Shown piece by piece: positions 1 through 16,216 of a stretch of 64,000 nucleotides of DNA (positions are counted from its first letter, which is position 1; every line of letters begins with the position of its first letter). The position numbers and the translations under genes were made by a program. Under the pieces are notes generated by a model. That model worked only from the letters and a program-made list of their open reading frames with translations, was not told the origin of the DNA and searched no databases. The stretch lies in assembly GCF_009914755.1 (NCBI RefSeq), contig NC_060931.1. The stretch is one strand, 5' to 3'. The DNA comes from the human T2T-CHM13v2.0 reference genome, Homo sapiens.

Positions 1-1561
1 TATATATATATGGAAGACTTTGCAAACATGAAATCAAAGGACAGAACCCATTACAAAATGGACAGGACCATACAAAATATAATTTTTATGTATTGAAGAG
101 CACCATAAGCAAATTGAAGCTACCACTTAGGATCTCTAAGAGGTCTTTATACAGTCAGAAAATGAGCTCTCTCATACACAAATATCTTCCAGAGCTTGTT
201 TGATTTCTCAATTTGAAAGGTAACAGTTCTTTTTGTGGTTTTAATTTTTTCTGATTACTATCGCATGATCATAAGTAATCCCTTTGAACCCTCTTCACCC
301 ATTTGGCAGTAGATCGCCTCACCTCACACTGGCGTAGAGACCTTGGCAGACACGGCGGGGTGATGGTGCAGTCATAGCGTGGAGTGCCACACAGTCTCAG
401 CCACTGGAAAGAAGGGGACTGATTTATAACTGGAAAGGATTTCCATGTTGTATTGTTATGCAAAAATAGCAGAGTGCACACAAAAATATGTCATACGATC
501 TTCCATAAAACAAAGTACACAGCCCTTATGTGAACTCTCATGCCAATAATCCAGTATTCATGGATCTCTGTGTGACCCTGGGGTAGGGAGGGGGTGGCAC
601 AACACACCCCAGACAGAGTTCATGGCCAACGTGAGGGGAAGAGCGGTGGAGGGAGTGGAGGGCGAAGGCTTTGAAGAGAGGAGAAAGGTGATTTTCATGA
701 TAGATAAAACCCTGTGTATATTCAAGTGAAATTTTTAAAACTTGAAGAGACTGAGAATTGTAGATGTTTGAAAGGCAAGTCACCAAAATATTAATGATGG
801 TTACCATTGGACATCGGCATTTTGATTCGTGATTTTTCTTTTTCTCTAGGGTATTTATAGGTATATAATCAGCATGTTTTATTGAACTGAAGATAAGGTT
901 ACCTAGGGTTTGCAAATGTTTAACAAGGACAGGTAATTTTGCACACTAACAAAGAAAATACACATTTTTTAGAGGACAATTTAGAAATGTGCTTCCAAAC
1001 ATAAAATATGTGCATGTCCTTAGTAAGCAATTCAACCTGTTTATAGCTTTATTAAAACAGTAAAAATAAATAGAAAATAATACAAATATTCAGCAAACGG
1101 GGATTGATTAAATTATGACATTTTAAAAACACTATTAAGCTTTCAAACACATTATTTTTAGTTATATTTCTAACATTTTTTAAGATGGCAACTTTTGTTT
1201 AGAAACCAAATAACAAAATTGAATTAAAAAACCCAAAGTGGAATCCCAATACAGAAAACAGCTAAAAGTGGAGCTACACTGGCTGGGCTGCGGTGAGGCC
1301 CAGAGCCCTGTTATCCTGCCTCCCTCTGTGGCAGCCCCTAAGGAGCAAAACATGAAAGCAACTGACCAAGATGAGTGTTTATTGGCAGGATCTATCATGT
1401 AGAATGAAGATAATAAACATTATTATGCTCTTTTTGTAGGAAATACTCATATATTGAGTATTTTTACTTTAACAAGGATAAAAGTATATGTACAAGAAAA
1501 TTAGCAGTGGTTATTCCTATGGCCATTTAAAAATGTTAGAAGTTTGTATTTTCTACAATGA

Positions 1562-1880
<319 letters not shown>

Positions 1881-1917
1881 TTTTGTATGAATTTTTAAGT
1901 CCCCTAAAACCCTTTTC

Positions 1918-2225
<308 letters not shown>

Positions 2226-2258
2226 TAAAACCCTTTTCCTTGTTAAAAGTTTACATTG

Positions 2259-2636
2259 TGATATGGTTTGGCTGTGTCCCCACCCAAATTTTATCTTGAA
2301 CTGTAGTTCCCATAATCCCCACATACCATGAGAGGGACCTGGTGGGAGGTAATTGAATGACAGGGGTGATTACCCTCATGCTGTTTTCATGATACTGAGT
2401 GAGTTCTCATTAGACCTGATGGTTTTATACGGGGCTTTTCCTCCTTTACTCTGCTCTGCACTTCTCCTTGCTGCTGCCATGTGAAGAAGGATGTGTTTGC
2501 TTCCCCTTCTGCCATGATTGTGTTTCCTGAGGCCTCCTGAGCCCTGTGGAACAGTAAGTCAATTAAACCACTTTCCTTTATAAATTACCCAGTCTCAAGT
2601 ATGTCTTTATTAGCAGTGTGAGAATGGACTGATACA
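2259..2636 (+). mobile_element. THE1 (THE1C-like) MaLR solo LTR
   Basis: Begins tgatatggtttggctgtgtccccacccaaat and ends gagaatggactgataca, matching THE1 termini. Confidence 0.88.
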
Positions 2637-3170
2637 CCTTCCCAACTAAAATAGATGCCTTGCTTTAGGGGCCCTCATATCCTTGGGAAACTTGTACTAC
2701 TCACCGGTTTATCATCTTTGAACATATCAGCAAGCATTGTATAAGGGTGCCTTCCTAACCAGCACATAACCGCTGAACAGCAGGAGCCTTACGATGTATT
2801 CAGAGAGAGAGACAGAGAGAAGAAATCGGTGCTACCTTGTGTTACCAAGTGCTAGGTGAGTATCATTGACCTGCATTAAGGAACATTTCTCTTGAACCTC
2901 TGTTGACTTAGATCTGAACACATACCAGAAGCATAATAAAATAAACATGAAGCTGGGGAAATCCTTTGTTTCTGGCTCTTTCACATTCACAACACAATTC
3001 TATACATTGAATGAGAACAGAAACTGTTCCTGGGAACAGATCCGAGCAACCCTGTCACGGAGTAGGAAGGTGGGACAGAGTGGAGGTGGGCACAATGAAG
3101 ACAGTGTAATCAGGATGCCACCACAGGGCCAACATAGCTTCACACACGGGCCTGGATCTGGGCCAGAGTG

Positions 3171-3344
3171 GAACACAGCCCACCAGAGAGGATCGCAGCC
3201 CACCAGAGAGGAACACAGCCCTGCAGAGAGGAAAGCAGCCCACCAAGGAGGAACGCAGCCCACCAGAGAGGAACACAGCCCAGCGGAGAGGAACACAGCC
3301 CACCACATTGGACTGCAGCCCACCAGAGAAGAGCACAGCCCACC
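3171..3344. repeat. 20-bp minisatellite (gaacacagcccaccagagag), ~8.7 copies
   Basis: Direct 20-bp periodicity is visible. It explains the overlapping repetitive ORFs at 2947-3401. Confidence 0.92.
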
Positions 3345-4568
3345 CTCAGTCCCTGTGGGACCTGTCCTTGCTTTCTCTGACTTGCCATAGGAGCAGCCCA
3401 TCAGGCTCTAAGAAGGCCCCAGGCTCCCGTGAGAATTCGAATTCTGCAGGAGGACATCGAGGCAGCAGGCAGTGAAGCGGTGAGGGGTGTGGGCTGAGTG
3501 CCGAGTGGACGCACTCCCACCAGCAAGGCCCAAGCAGCGGTGGAGACACACAGTGTGACTGGCTGGGCTCTTTAGTGTTCAGAAACCAAAATGCCAGTGT
3601 TAGATTTAATAGTAAAAATAAAAAAAACAAACAACTTTTAAAGTAAGATCAGGTTCAATTCTAACTTTAATTTATTTCTAAATATCAGCTTCGGTTTTGG
3701 AAGAGTTTGCATGAAGTGTCACATGGTGGGCCATGGCCTCACCCTTGGAAGAAAAGGGAAGTCAGTAGTGAAGGTCATAGGGGGAGTGACCTGGAGGTCT
3801 CTTGAGCCTGAATCACCAGTGGAGACATCCGTGTCACTGCTGGAAGGACAGGAGGTGGGGGCTCAAAATAAAGGGGTTGAAAGCTCAAAATAAGGATTTC
3901 AGAGGCAATTCAGTTCTTCATGGGAAAGGGTGTGGTCCTGGGAGTGCGTGGGCATGGTGGGATGGGAGACAGGTCATTGGAGGTCACGAAAGGGAGAGGG
4001 GTGGAAAGGAGGGCCACGTGGATGTGAAGGCACCAAGGGTGGGGCAGGCCACCGGTGCCAAAGCCAGCGTGGCTGCGGGGAGGGTTGGAGGTGGGAATAG
4101 GAGGGCATGGTACCCAGTGCACTTCCCTCACAGAGAAGGGTGGTGGGGATAGGACAGAACTTCTCTCCTCCCAAGTTCAACAATTGGATTAGATGTGCAT
4201 TTAATGCAGATTCTCAAAATGACAAAATAGTCACTTTATTTTCAAGCAAATAGGGTATTTTATTTCATTAACCTGATACCTGCCTCTTCCCTGATGCCAC
4301 TATCTCCCCTAAGCCTTTGAGTGGCAGCTGTTTTTCCATCATGCTCCAGCTGCCTCAGAGGTGGTAACTACAATTTCTCCAACCCACCTCCTCCAAAAAC
4401 GTTTAATTTTCAAAATCAATTTAGATGCCTTTCCAAGCCTCTGTCCCCAGAAGGTGGTAGAAACTTCCATCTGCCATTTTGGCCACCCCTATTCTCTTGT
4501 GACCACACCCCACCACACCCCAGAGTCACACAAAGGATCCCTGAGTCAACAACTAGACAACCAGATGC

Positions 4569-4802
4569 AACACACACACACACACACAAGTGCGTGCACA
4601 CACGTGTACCCATGCGTGAGCACTCACACACACACACGCACATACACACACACACCTGTGCATGAGCACTCACATACACATGCACGCACACATGTACCCA
4701 TGCATGAGCACGCACACATGCACACACACATATGCACACCCACACATGTACCTGTGCATGAACGCACACACACACTTACCCGTGCATGAGCACGCACACG
4801 TG
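4569..4802. repeat. Imperfect (CA)n / purine-pyrimidine alternating repeat
   Basis: cacacaca interspersed with tgca/tgtg. Confidence 0.9.
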
Positions 4803-4994
4803 GATGTTGTGTCACCGTCCACACTCCCCGCTGGTCCCACCAATAGGACTAAAGCCCTCATCCTTCTGGCTGGCCGCTGCCAGTGCCGTCAGCTGAAGGC
4901 TCCCGGCTAAGTCTCTTCCGGTCTCATGGGTCGCTGCCTGACCCATGCCCCATTCCTGGTAGCAGTTGCCATGATTGGTCAAGGTAGAGCATGA

Positions 4995-5594
4995 AGTTAG
5001 GGAACAGCCCAGAGACCGCCCTCACTGCTGACACCCACTGCAAGTTTGGGGAGCTCTAAGACCATCTTTAAGTTTGATAATTTGCTAGGAGGACTGGCAG
5101 AACTTCCTGTGAGCGGCTCTAGTCTTGGTTATGGTTATTAGAGTGAAGGGATTCAAATGAAGATCAGCCAAGAAAGGAGGTGCGTGGGGCAGGGCCCGAG
5201 AGAGCTCCAAGCGTGGAACTGTTGCCGCCTCTCCCCGTGGAGCTGTGTGCATGGCACCTGCTTCCCCAGCAGCAGCCTGGGGCGACCCCAAGGGGTGTTG
5301 CTAGCCAGGGAAGCGCATGGAGTTGGGGTCTGGGGTCTTGGTTGGAGCTTTGTCGCACAGACCCGACTGACTCTACGTGTTGCTGGCCTTCCGTCTCCAG
5401 CACCCCAGAAGTCAGGCGGATGCCATGTGAGCCAAGGTCCCCCTATAAATCACATTGTTAGCATACACCATCTGGCCTGGCCCAAGGCCCCAGGGAAAGA
5501 AAGGTATTCTACCAGGTGGGACAATCCAAGGGCTTATGCATCCCAGAGGCAAAGGCCAGCCCTCCCTTTGGGTAAGGTGAAATTCTTTACTGCA
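4995..5594 (-). mobile_element. MER21-family LTR (copy 1)
   Basis: ctcactgctgacacccactgcaagtttgggg...ggttatggttattagagtgaaggg...ctttgggtaaggtgaaattctttactgca. Homologous to 49325-49965 and 59373-59993. Confidence 0.75.
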
Positions 5595-6664
5595 GTGGGC
5601 GTACGTAGAAGGGTCTGCCTCCATACACCAGCCCCAAATCAGGCCAATTCTGCCGGGCCATCTGGGACCCAGAGCACCCTGTGGCATCAGTGGACACTCT
5701 GTGGGGGCCTCCTAGCAGCTCCCCGGCCCCTGATGCTCAGCCCACTTCCTTTTCTCTCCTATACATGTTGATGCCAAGTGCATACCCCAAATGCCCACAT
5801 CCTCTTCTCCACCCCAGGGTCTGTTCCCAGGAGCCCCAACCTGGGCACCCAGTGCACACACACCCTAAAGAAACTCCAGGCCTAAGAAAGCAGCTAAGAG
5901 TCTTCCTTGCATACAAGAATGTTCCTTCACTTGGCAGTAGTGAAAAACTGGAAAAATCTGTCAATAGGGAAATGGATAAATAAATTGTGAGATAGTCATA
6001 CCTACCACAGAGCACTTCATAGTATCAAAATGAATGAAGTACTCTGTGTCTGATAACATGACTGAGCTTTAAACTTAATGTTGAGAGAGAAACAAACAAA
6101 TCACGGAAAGTTAGTCTCGTTGTACTATTTACATAAATTATTAGGGCACAAAACTATATGTTAACAGAACATACATATTTATGAAAACTGAAGCAAATAT
6201 GGCATAATATTAACATTTATTAACTGTGGGTAGCTAAAATCCCTCACGGGTATCTGATGCTTGTTTTACTATTTTTATCATTATTATTACTACAGATTGT
6301 TTATCATTCGTGTTTTTGGCTTAAGGTCAAAGCGTGAGAGGCGGCTCTGCCACCGTCCGTATTTCTTGCCCTCTGAGAGACTCACATTTCTCCATTGGCT
6401 TCTGCTGAGCTCTGCCCCTCTCTTGGGCTGTGGGATTCTTTGATGAACCCTGGGGCCTTGGTTTCTCTAGGGCACCACTCAGACAGCTCCTAGGGAGCAG
6501 CCACAGGCGGTCTTGTTGCCTGAGGCCCCTGACCCAATCTGGTCTGGAATTTCTGGGCAAGGAGTGGCCGACCCTCCTGTGTATGGGTGCAGCATGGCAC
6601 CAGCCACTGGCGCATGGGGTGCAGCGGGGATTGGGGCACATGGGCTGTGCGGGGGTGCAGGTGA

Positions 6665-7021
<357 letters not shown>

Positions 7022-7870
7022 GAGACTATTTTTTTTTAGCTTTCTCCTCCAAAACATACCTCCAGCTGAGAAGGTTGGATTGACATTGTGCTTAGTTCAA
7101 AGAAGAAACAGCTCAAGGAATTCCACGGTTAATCATGGAGTACGTATTGAAAGATATGCTTAGAATAACAAGCGCAAGGAGTGGGCTTAAGTTACAACCT
7201 GAAGACTGGCGTTGGTGTTAAGGGACACTTTTATTTGTTTTTCTGTGAAATTTCTCTAATTTTTTCCTAGTTAAAAAATTGAGTCATGAGTCTTTCTTTG
7301 TGTCAGTTCATAGACTCCATCACAGCATACAGAGGAAGAAAATCTTCAAGCCAAGCTGTTCAGCCTCAGTCCAAAATCACATTCTACTTACAGATCCGGG
7401 GACAAAAATGCCAATTCTACCATTCATGATAGTTCTGAATTTGAGCCCACCTTCTCGAGGGCTCAGTTGACAGATGTTTTATCTGGGTCCAAAGACATTG
7501 AAGCTGACCGTCAGCTCTGCCAGGGAAATGAGAGAGAGAAACTGTGGCTCCTGCCCCGACAGTCTGGGGTCCCAAGTCTGCAAAGTTTACCCACCTGTAC
7601 AAGGTCCGCCAAGTCCACACCAGGCAGACAGCAGTGCTTTCAAGGCTTTATTTGGGGAGGGGTCTGAGGGATGATGCCATCTCCCCAAGTTCAGTGTGGA
7701 GCCACTTCCTTCTTTGCATCATTATTCCTTAGTTTTCTGCCCCTTCCTTTGGGAACATCTTCTTCCTGCAAACACAGTCTAGCTCTTACTCATTCTTACC
7801 GAGCCCGTGGCATTTGGCATTGCAAGTAGTGTCTGGACAACATCAGAGATATAGATATGCACACATTTTA

Positions 7871-8183
<313 letters not shown>

Positions 8184-8599
8184 ACATTTTAAAGTTAGCC
8201 CTTCATTCTGGAGCAAGCTGGGTGGGTCTCGAGCAGGAGGCTATAATTTAATAACATAATATAATATATTATATTATAACATGTATAATATAATACTATA
8301 ATTCCTGTTAAAGAGGAATGATTCCAATGACAATCTACTTGTCTAGAAGGAAATGTCACGTAGGACATGAGTAGTGATTTACAGACATTGAAGTGGACAG
8401 GGAAGCGTCTCATTCTCAAGAAAGCCAGGCTAACTTTGTGAATGAATGCACGTCTCAGGTTTTACCTTCACAGCAGTCACATATTACCTCCTTCACCCAC
8501 TCCAGGACAAGAACAGGCAGCACACAGTTTACACTGCTGTGCATCTTGTTTTTCTTTTTACGTAATAGATTGTGACACTCTTTCCGCATCAGTACATAA

Positions 8600-9065
<466 letters not shown>

Positions 9066-9243
9066 CTACATCTCTCAGATGTAGCATTCTTAGGTCAAAG
9101 AGTATGATTTATCACTGTAATAAGTGTTGCCAGCTCGTCCTCCAAGAGCTGCATACTTGGACAATCATACAATAGTCCAGCAGGTAGAGTGCTGCTTTCT
9201 CTACTTTAGCCAATGGACCAGGTATGAGACTTAAAAGAGTTGT

Positions 9244-9575
<332 letters not shown>

Positions 9576-10092
9576 GTTGTTGAACTTTCAAATCTCTGTC
9601 AAATTGAGTGGTAGAAAATAAAATCTCAAAATAGTTTTATTTGCATTTCTTGTTATAAATCAAGTTGAACACCTTTTCAATCTTAAGTGCCTTTCCATTT
9701 TCCTTTTCGGTGAATTTTTCTTATTCTTTTCTCATTTTTCCATTGAGTTATAGATCTTTGTATCAACTTGTGGTCTCTGTATGTATTAGAAAAATTAACC
9801 CTTTGCCTGGGGTATTACTAGCAAGTGTTTTTCTCACTTAATCTTCTGACTATATGTAAAGAAACAAATTTCTGCACGGCAAAAGCACCACACACCCTCA
9901 CATTTATTAATCTTTAATTTTGTGCCTTCTGGGTTTTATGTTTCATGTTATAGCTCCAGGCTATAAATCTCTCACTGATTCTTTTAGCACTCAAGGGTTA
10001 TATTTTTGCATTTAGGTTTTAAGTCCATTTGGAATTTATCCTAGAATCAGGTATGATCTACAAATCCAATGTAACTGTTTTACAGATGCCTA

Positions 10093-10300
<208 letters not shown>

Positions 10301-10311
10301 AATCGCCAAAT

Positions 10312-10611
10312 GGAGCACAGAGGATGTTTTAGGGCAGTGAAACCACTCTGTATGCTGTAGTGATAGGTACATGTCATTATACTTTTGTTTAAATCCATAA
10401 GATGTACAAAACTAAAAGGGAACCTGAATGTATACTGGACTCTGTGTGGCAATGATGTGTCACCGTAGATTAATCAGTTGTAGCAAATGTACCCTCTGGT
10501 GTGGATGTTGATAATCGGGGAGACCGTGCAGGGCATACATGGGAAACCTCTGTGCATTCCTTTAAATTTTGCTATGAATCTAAAACTGCCCTTAAAAAAG
10601 ATTTTAAAAAA
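10312..10611 (+). mobile_element. L1MC (L1MC1/2-like) 3' end
   Basis: atgtcattatacttttg...gtggatgttgataatcgggg...tgaatctaaaactgcc plus A-rich tail. Confidence 0.75.
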
Positions 10612-10625
10612 TAGTGTAAACTACA

Positions 10626-10712
10626 ACATTAATAATTTTATATTGACTACATATTGAAACAGCAATATTTTGAATATTTTTGATTAAACAAAATATGTTG
10701 TCAAAATTAAAA
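10626..10712. mobile_element. MER33-like hAT fragment
   Basis: cattaataattttatattgactacatattgaaac...aatattttg...aaaattaa matches the recalled MER33 internal segment. Confidence 0.6.
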
Positions 10713-11491
10713 ATATATTGCCACATATTATTTGATATTCCCTCCTTCACAAGGTAGAGGCTGATTCATTAAGTCTGTAGGTCAGACTTCATGACTCACT
10801 AACGAACAGAATGTGACAGAAGTGATGATGTGTGACTTCTGAGAACAGGTCATGCAAGGGATTGGATCTCTCTTGGATCATTGCTCTAGGGGAAGCCAGC
10901 CACCATGTTGGGAGGACACTCAAGCAGCCTGGTGGAGGAGTCCCATGGTGAGGAACTGAGGCCTTCTGTCAACAACCAGCCATGAACTCAGCATATGTGT
11001 TAAGTGAGCATCTTGGAAGCAGATCCTGCAGCCCCAGTCGTCAGACAGCTGAAGCCCCAGCCAAGAGCTTGGCTGAACCTCATGAGAGACCTTGAGTCAG
11101 AGTCACCGACCTAAGTCACTGGTAAATTTCTGACCCACAGAAACTGTGTACAATAATACATGTTTATTGTGGCTGCAAGACACTAAATTTGGGATGACTT
11201 CTTATGCAGCAATAGATAACTAATACATTTCACAAAAACCATTTATTGAACAATTCATTTTCCTACTAATTTGAGATGCTACTTTTGCTATACGAAATTG
11301 CTCTTTGAATTTGGATCTTTGCTGGATTTTCTGCTAAGTTCCATCTAGTTCCATCTATCTACTCCATTGTTCTGATTGAGACGTAAAAGCTTTATTTTAT
11401 GTTTTAATGTCTGGTATGGTAAATTCTGCCTACCTTCCTTCATTGATCTAATCTCAAAAATTATGTCACCGTGATTATTAGAATTATACTG

Positions 11492-12058
11492 TTTCTTCAA
11501 CTTTTAAGTTCTGGGGTACGTGTACAGGATGTGCAGGTTTGTTACATAGGTAAACATGTGCTATGGTGGTTTGCTGCACAGACCAACCCATCACCTAGGT
11601 TTTAAGCCCAGTGACCTTTAGCTATTCTTTCTGATGCTCTTTCTCCTCCCACTCTCCTGACAGGCCCCAGTGTGTGGTGTTTCCTTCCCTGTGTCCATGT
11701 GTTCTCATTGTTCAGCTCCCACTTATAAGTGAGAACATGAGGTATTTGATTTTCTGTTGCCTGCGTTAGTTTGCTGAGGATAATGGCTTCCAGTTCCATC
11801 CATGTCCCTGCAAAGAACATAATCTTGCTCCTTTTAATGACTGCATAGTATTCCATGGTGTGTATGTACACATTTTCTGTATCCAGTCTATCATTGATGG
11901 GCATTTGGGTTGATTCCATGTCTTTGCTATTGTGAATAGTGCTGCAGTGAACATATGCATGCATGTATATTTATAACAGAATGATTTATATTTTGGGGGG
12001 TATATACCCAGTAATGGGATTGCTGGGTCAAATGGTACTTCTGCTTCTAGATCTTTGT
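11492..12058 (-). mobile_element. L1PA (L1PA10-like) 5'-truncated 3' end
   Basis: Antisense L1 3'UTR and ORF2 C-terminus. The ORF at 11766-11960 reads MFTAALFTIAKTWNQPKCPSMIDWI, the L1 ORF2 C-terminal motif. Confidence 0.92.
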
Positions 12059-12105
12059 GGTTACCTTAAATTTATAAATTAAATTAGAGAGATGAAATCT
12101 TATGA

Positions 12106-12541
12106 TGTTGTAGACCAGGTTCCCCAGGAAACAGACTCTGAGATGAAGATTTGTCTATGGAATATTTATTAGGTTGTGCTCCTGGGATCAGCACCTTTGA
12201 AGGGCAGAGGCAAGCAGGACTGGGCAGAAGGAGGGGTTGAGTTGTGATGAAGCCCAGCAGAGACCTCATTAAAAACTCTGAAGCTGGCATGGTCCTTCAT
12301 AGACCCACTGAGGCAGGTGGGCAGAGTCTTTGTACCCATGCATCAGACAGTCATTGGAGAGGGGCTGCCGTCAGGGAGATAACTCATCTTGGGTGAGGCA
12401 TCCCCCTTATGATAGGAGCAGTTTCTGAGGCGGGAGTGGCAGCCAACACTCCCAGCAGCTTTTGAACCAAATGCCCTGGTCCCCAGGGTGCATCTGGGCA
12501 ATGCGTGGGCAGATGTCGAGTCTTCCTGCCCAAGAATACAG
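12106..12541 (-). mobile_element. LTR16-family ERVL solo LTR
   Basis: ggttccccaggaaacagactctgagatg...gcaggactgggcagaaggaggggttgag. 5-bp TSD tatga at 12101-12105 / 12542-12546. Confidence 0.65.
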
Positions 12542-12584
12542 TATGACTTTGCACTTGAAGTGTCTTTTGTATCCCTTGGGACTA

Positions 12585-12885
<301 letters not shown>

Positions 12886-14243
12886 TGAGAGTATTTTAAA
12901 GCACTTGTTGTACGGATCTTAAACATTTCCTGTTAGGCTTATTTCTAATAACTTTAAGTTTTGTGTTATTACGTAGGGTCATTTCTTCCAACTAATTGTT
13001 TATTGTATTTGATCCATGGAAGCTATTGATTGCTACAGTATAACTTTGTACTGGCTCTTACTGAATTCTCCTATTGTTTGATTTTAGATTTGGATTGTGG
13101 TCTTAGATTTTCCAGTTATACAATCATCTCACCTACAAACAAAAATCAGTTTTACATTTCTAATATGTGTCTCTTTCATAACAACTTTGGCTAATCTCAG
13201 TAGAATACGAGTATATAATTGCAGTGATCATGGTTTCCTTGTCTTCTTCCTATGTTAATGGGAACGGAACATTTTACATTAAGCATGGTGCTGGGTTTTG
13301 GGTTGAGATAGACTTATGTTGTCATGGTAAAGAAATATCCTTGGAGACTTTTAAACAAATAAATCTGGAGATAGGCTTCATTGCTTTTTCAGCTTTACCC
13401 CGAATCATCTCAAAGATACCATAAACATTTTAAACCATAAGGAGGCAGGGCTTCTGATTAACTGCAGTAATTCTACCAATGGTCCTCATGGAATAACACA
13501 ACACAGACAGGAAGAGTCAGAATGCTGGGTTCTCATTCTGCACTACCATCCACAACCCCACTGTGGGCAGGTCACAGCCCCATGGCTCAGTTTCTTCCTG
13601 CGAGAGTGAGGGAGGAGAGAGGTGGCCTCCGCCGCTTTAACTGATGCCTGCCTAGTGCTGGGCATCATGAAAACGATACTTGTTCCCTAAATGTATCCAA
13701 AATATTTATCCTGATAGCTATGACAGATATCTTCACATGCTGTGTAGGAAGTTTAATGACTTTTGCAAGCAATTAAAAAAATGACAAATCCTAATTTTGG
13801 TGAAAGAATGTGGGATACAAGACCATTAGCAGTGATGGACCCTTGAAGGTTATGTCGTTTGTATTTCATTTCTATTCCAATCGTGCCACTGGCCAGCCTG
13901 GAGGCAAAGTGTACTCCCTTGAGCACTGAGATGAAAGGCTTCTGGGAAGAGAGGGGGAGGCATGAGATCACTCAGCAGATACGACCTCTGGTTTTTTACT
14001 CAGCTCCCACCACTTTCCACATCCCTTCCGGGGTCTGAGTATCCCCAAGGGTCCCAGAGATGCTGGTGGAAATTTGTAAAAGGACAGACCTGCGTTTTCA
14101 TCCATGATTTATTTTGTTTTTACTTACTAATAAATGTTTGATACATGTGCCAGAATTTGGTGTGAGCCTTGCTGTCTTCAGCACCAGGATGTGAGGTGCG
14201 GGGAGTGGCTGGCACTCAGCTGTCTCAAGCACTATGAGTCACA

Positions 14244-15135
14244 CTGAGCCCCAGCATCCTTTAGACCCGGCATCCCTGAGTCCGAGCATCCTTCAGCACC
14301 AGGATACATTAATCTAGCATCCCTGAGCCCTAGCATTTCTGAGTCCAAGCACCCCTGAGCCCCAGCATCCCTGAGCCCTAACATCCCTGAGCCCTAGCAT
14401 CCCTGAGCCCCAGCATCCCTGAGCCCCAGCATCCCTGAGCCCCAGCATCCCTGAGCCCTAACATCCCTGAGCCCCAGCATCCCTGAGCCCCAGCATCCCT
14501 GAGCCCCAGCACCCCTGAGCCCCAGCATCCCTGAGCCCCAGCATCCCTGAGCCCCAGCATCCCTGAGCCCCAGCATCCCTGAGCCCCAGCATCCCTGAGT
14601 TCAAGCATTCTTGATCCCCAGCATCCCTGAATCCAAGCAATCCTGAGTGCAAGCATCCCTGAGTTCTAACACCCCTGAACCCTGCCATTACTGAATCCAA
14701 GTATTCCTGAAACTCAGCATCCTTCAGCCGTAGTCCCTCTGAGTTTCAGCACCTGCGAGCCCCAGAATCCATGAGTCCAAGCATTCCTGAGCCCCAGAAT
14801 TCCGTTCAAGCATCCCTGAGTCCCAGCATCCCTAAATCCCAGTATCCCAGAATCCAAGCATCCCTGAGCCCCAGCATCTCTAAGTTAAAGCATCCCTAAG
14901 TTAAAGTATCCCTGAGTCCAAACATCCCCCGAATCCCTGCATTCCTGAGCTGCAGCACCTCTGAGCCCCAGCATCCCTTAGTACAAGCATCCCTCAGTCC
15001 CAGCATCTGAGTCCAAGCATCCCTGAGTTCCAGTACTCTTCAGGCCCTGCATCCCTGAACTCCTGCATTTCTGAGCCCCAGTATCCCCAAAAGCCAACAT
15101 CCCTCAGTCCCAGCATCTCTGAACCCAAGCATCCA
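14244..15135. repeat. 16-bp minisatellite (gagccccagcatccct), ~55 copies
   Basis: Homogeneous core at ~14354-14598 with degenerate flanks. Explains the 16-aa periodic ORFs on the minus strand. Confidence 0.97.
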
Positions 15136-16065
15136 GGAGATCTTCCTTTCAGGATTCAGATTCAGAGTCTGGAGCAAGTGCAGCAATGGCAGAGCCTGGT
15201 CACATGCCTGCACCTTGACTGCAAGGAAGACTGGAATGGGAACAGGTGTATCTTAGGTTTCTGTGGTAGAAGGCAGGCCATGCCTTGGAAGAGGAGAAAA
15301 GAGTCTCCAGTGGAGTGAGAGGAAGATGTGGCTGCTCATGTCCTTGTTCTCAGTAGTGAGAAGGGCCAGATCACACTTTCGAAGTCTGGGTATGAAGCAC
15401 TTCCAATGGATGAAACAATACACTGTTAGCAATAGCACTTTGAAGGCCCCCAGCCTGCAGCTACAAAGTCCCTCCCTGAGCCAGGATGCAGGACTGTGCT
15501 GGCTACGATAGCACAACAGCACGTCCAGGCTGCCCTGCAGGTCTGTGACACCTCAGAGCCCCACACAACAATCCTCCCAGCACCCAGCTGAGCCCACGCC
15601 CACAGGGCAGACTGTTTACTGTGCTCCTACTGTTTCCCCAGCTGCTCCCCAGAAGCTTGCTATTTCCTCAGATTGCAATGCAGTTTATCAGATTAAAACA
15701 ACGGCCAAGGGGTTTCCTTTCACCTCCTTGCTCTAGTTGGCTGAAGGAAAAAGGACTCAGAGACTGAAAAACACCCAGAGACCACTGTCCCCACCCAAAG
15801 ATCATTCTGACTAAGAGGCCTCAAGCCTTTTCCCAGAAGCCTCACGAAGGGCATCGTCCCCAGATGTGCTTTTTACCTGTCTCCTGCCTCCCTCCCTCTT
15901 CTCCCTCTCTCGCTCCATGGAATTTAGAACACTACTGCCAGACGCACTTTCCTAGGACACGATTTAATGGCATACTGATCTTTGTGATGTTTCTACTCCT
16001 AATACTTAGGAATAAGTGCATGTGGGGTCCAACATGCAGAACTGTGTCTCCTTCCCTGCGGATGT

Positions 16066-16216
16066 GCATGCACCTGCACACACACACACACGCACACACA
16101 CATGCGTGTTCATGCACAGGCACAGACACACACGCACACACACATGCACACAGTGCATACACACACATGCATGTACACACGCACACATGCGTGTATACAC
16201 ACACACTCATACACAC
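16066..16216. repeat. Imperfect (CA)n repeat
   Basis: Visible alternating purine-pyrimidine tract. Confidence 0.9.

Noticed and set aside
1-1560. Degraded L1ME-like pieces (also 5880-6235)
   Set aside because: Probably real, but too decayed to give defensible boundaries.
5157-5771. 204-aa ORF, the longest in the window
   Set aside because: It lies mostly on the antisense of a MER21 LTR and has no recognisable domain.
7095-7222. Short protein-like frame (FKEETAQGIPRLIMEYVLKDMLR...)
   Set aside because: About 40 codons, no recognisable homologue and no convincing splice signals. A tBLASTx search would settle it.
14378-14700. Repetitive GSGMLGLRDAGAQGCW ORFs
   Set aside because: Product of the 16-bp minisatellite read in shifted frames.
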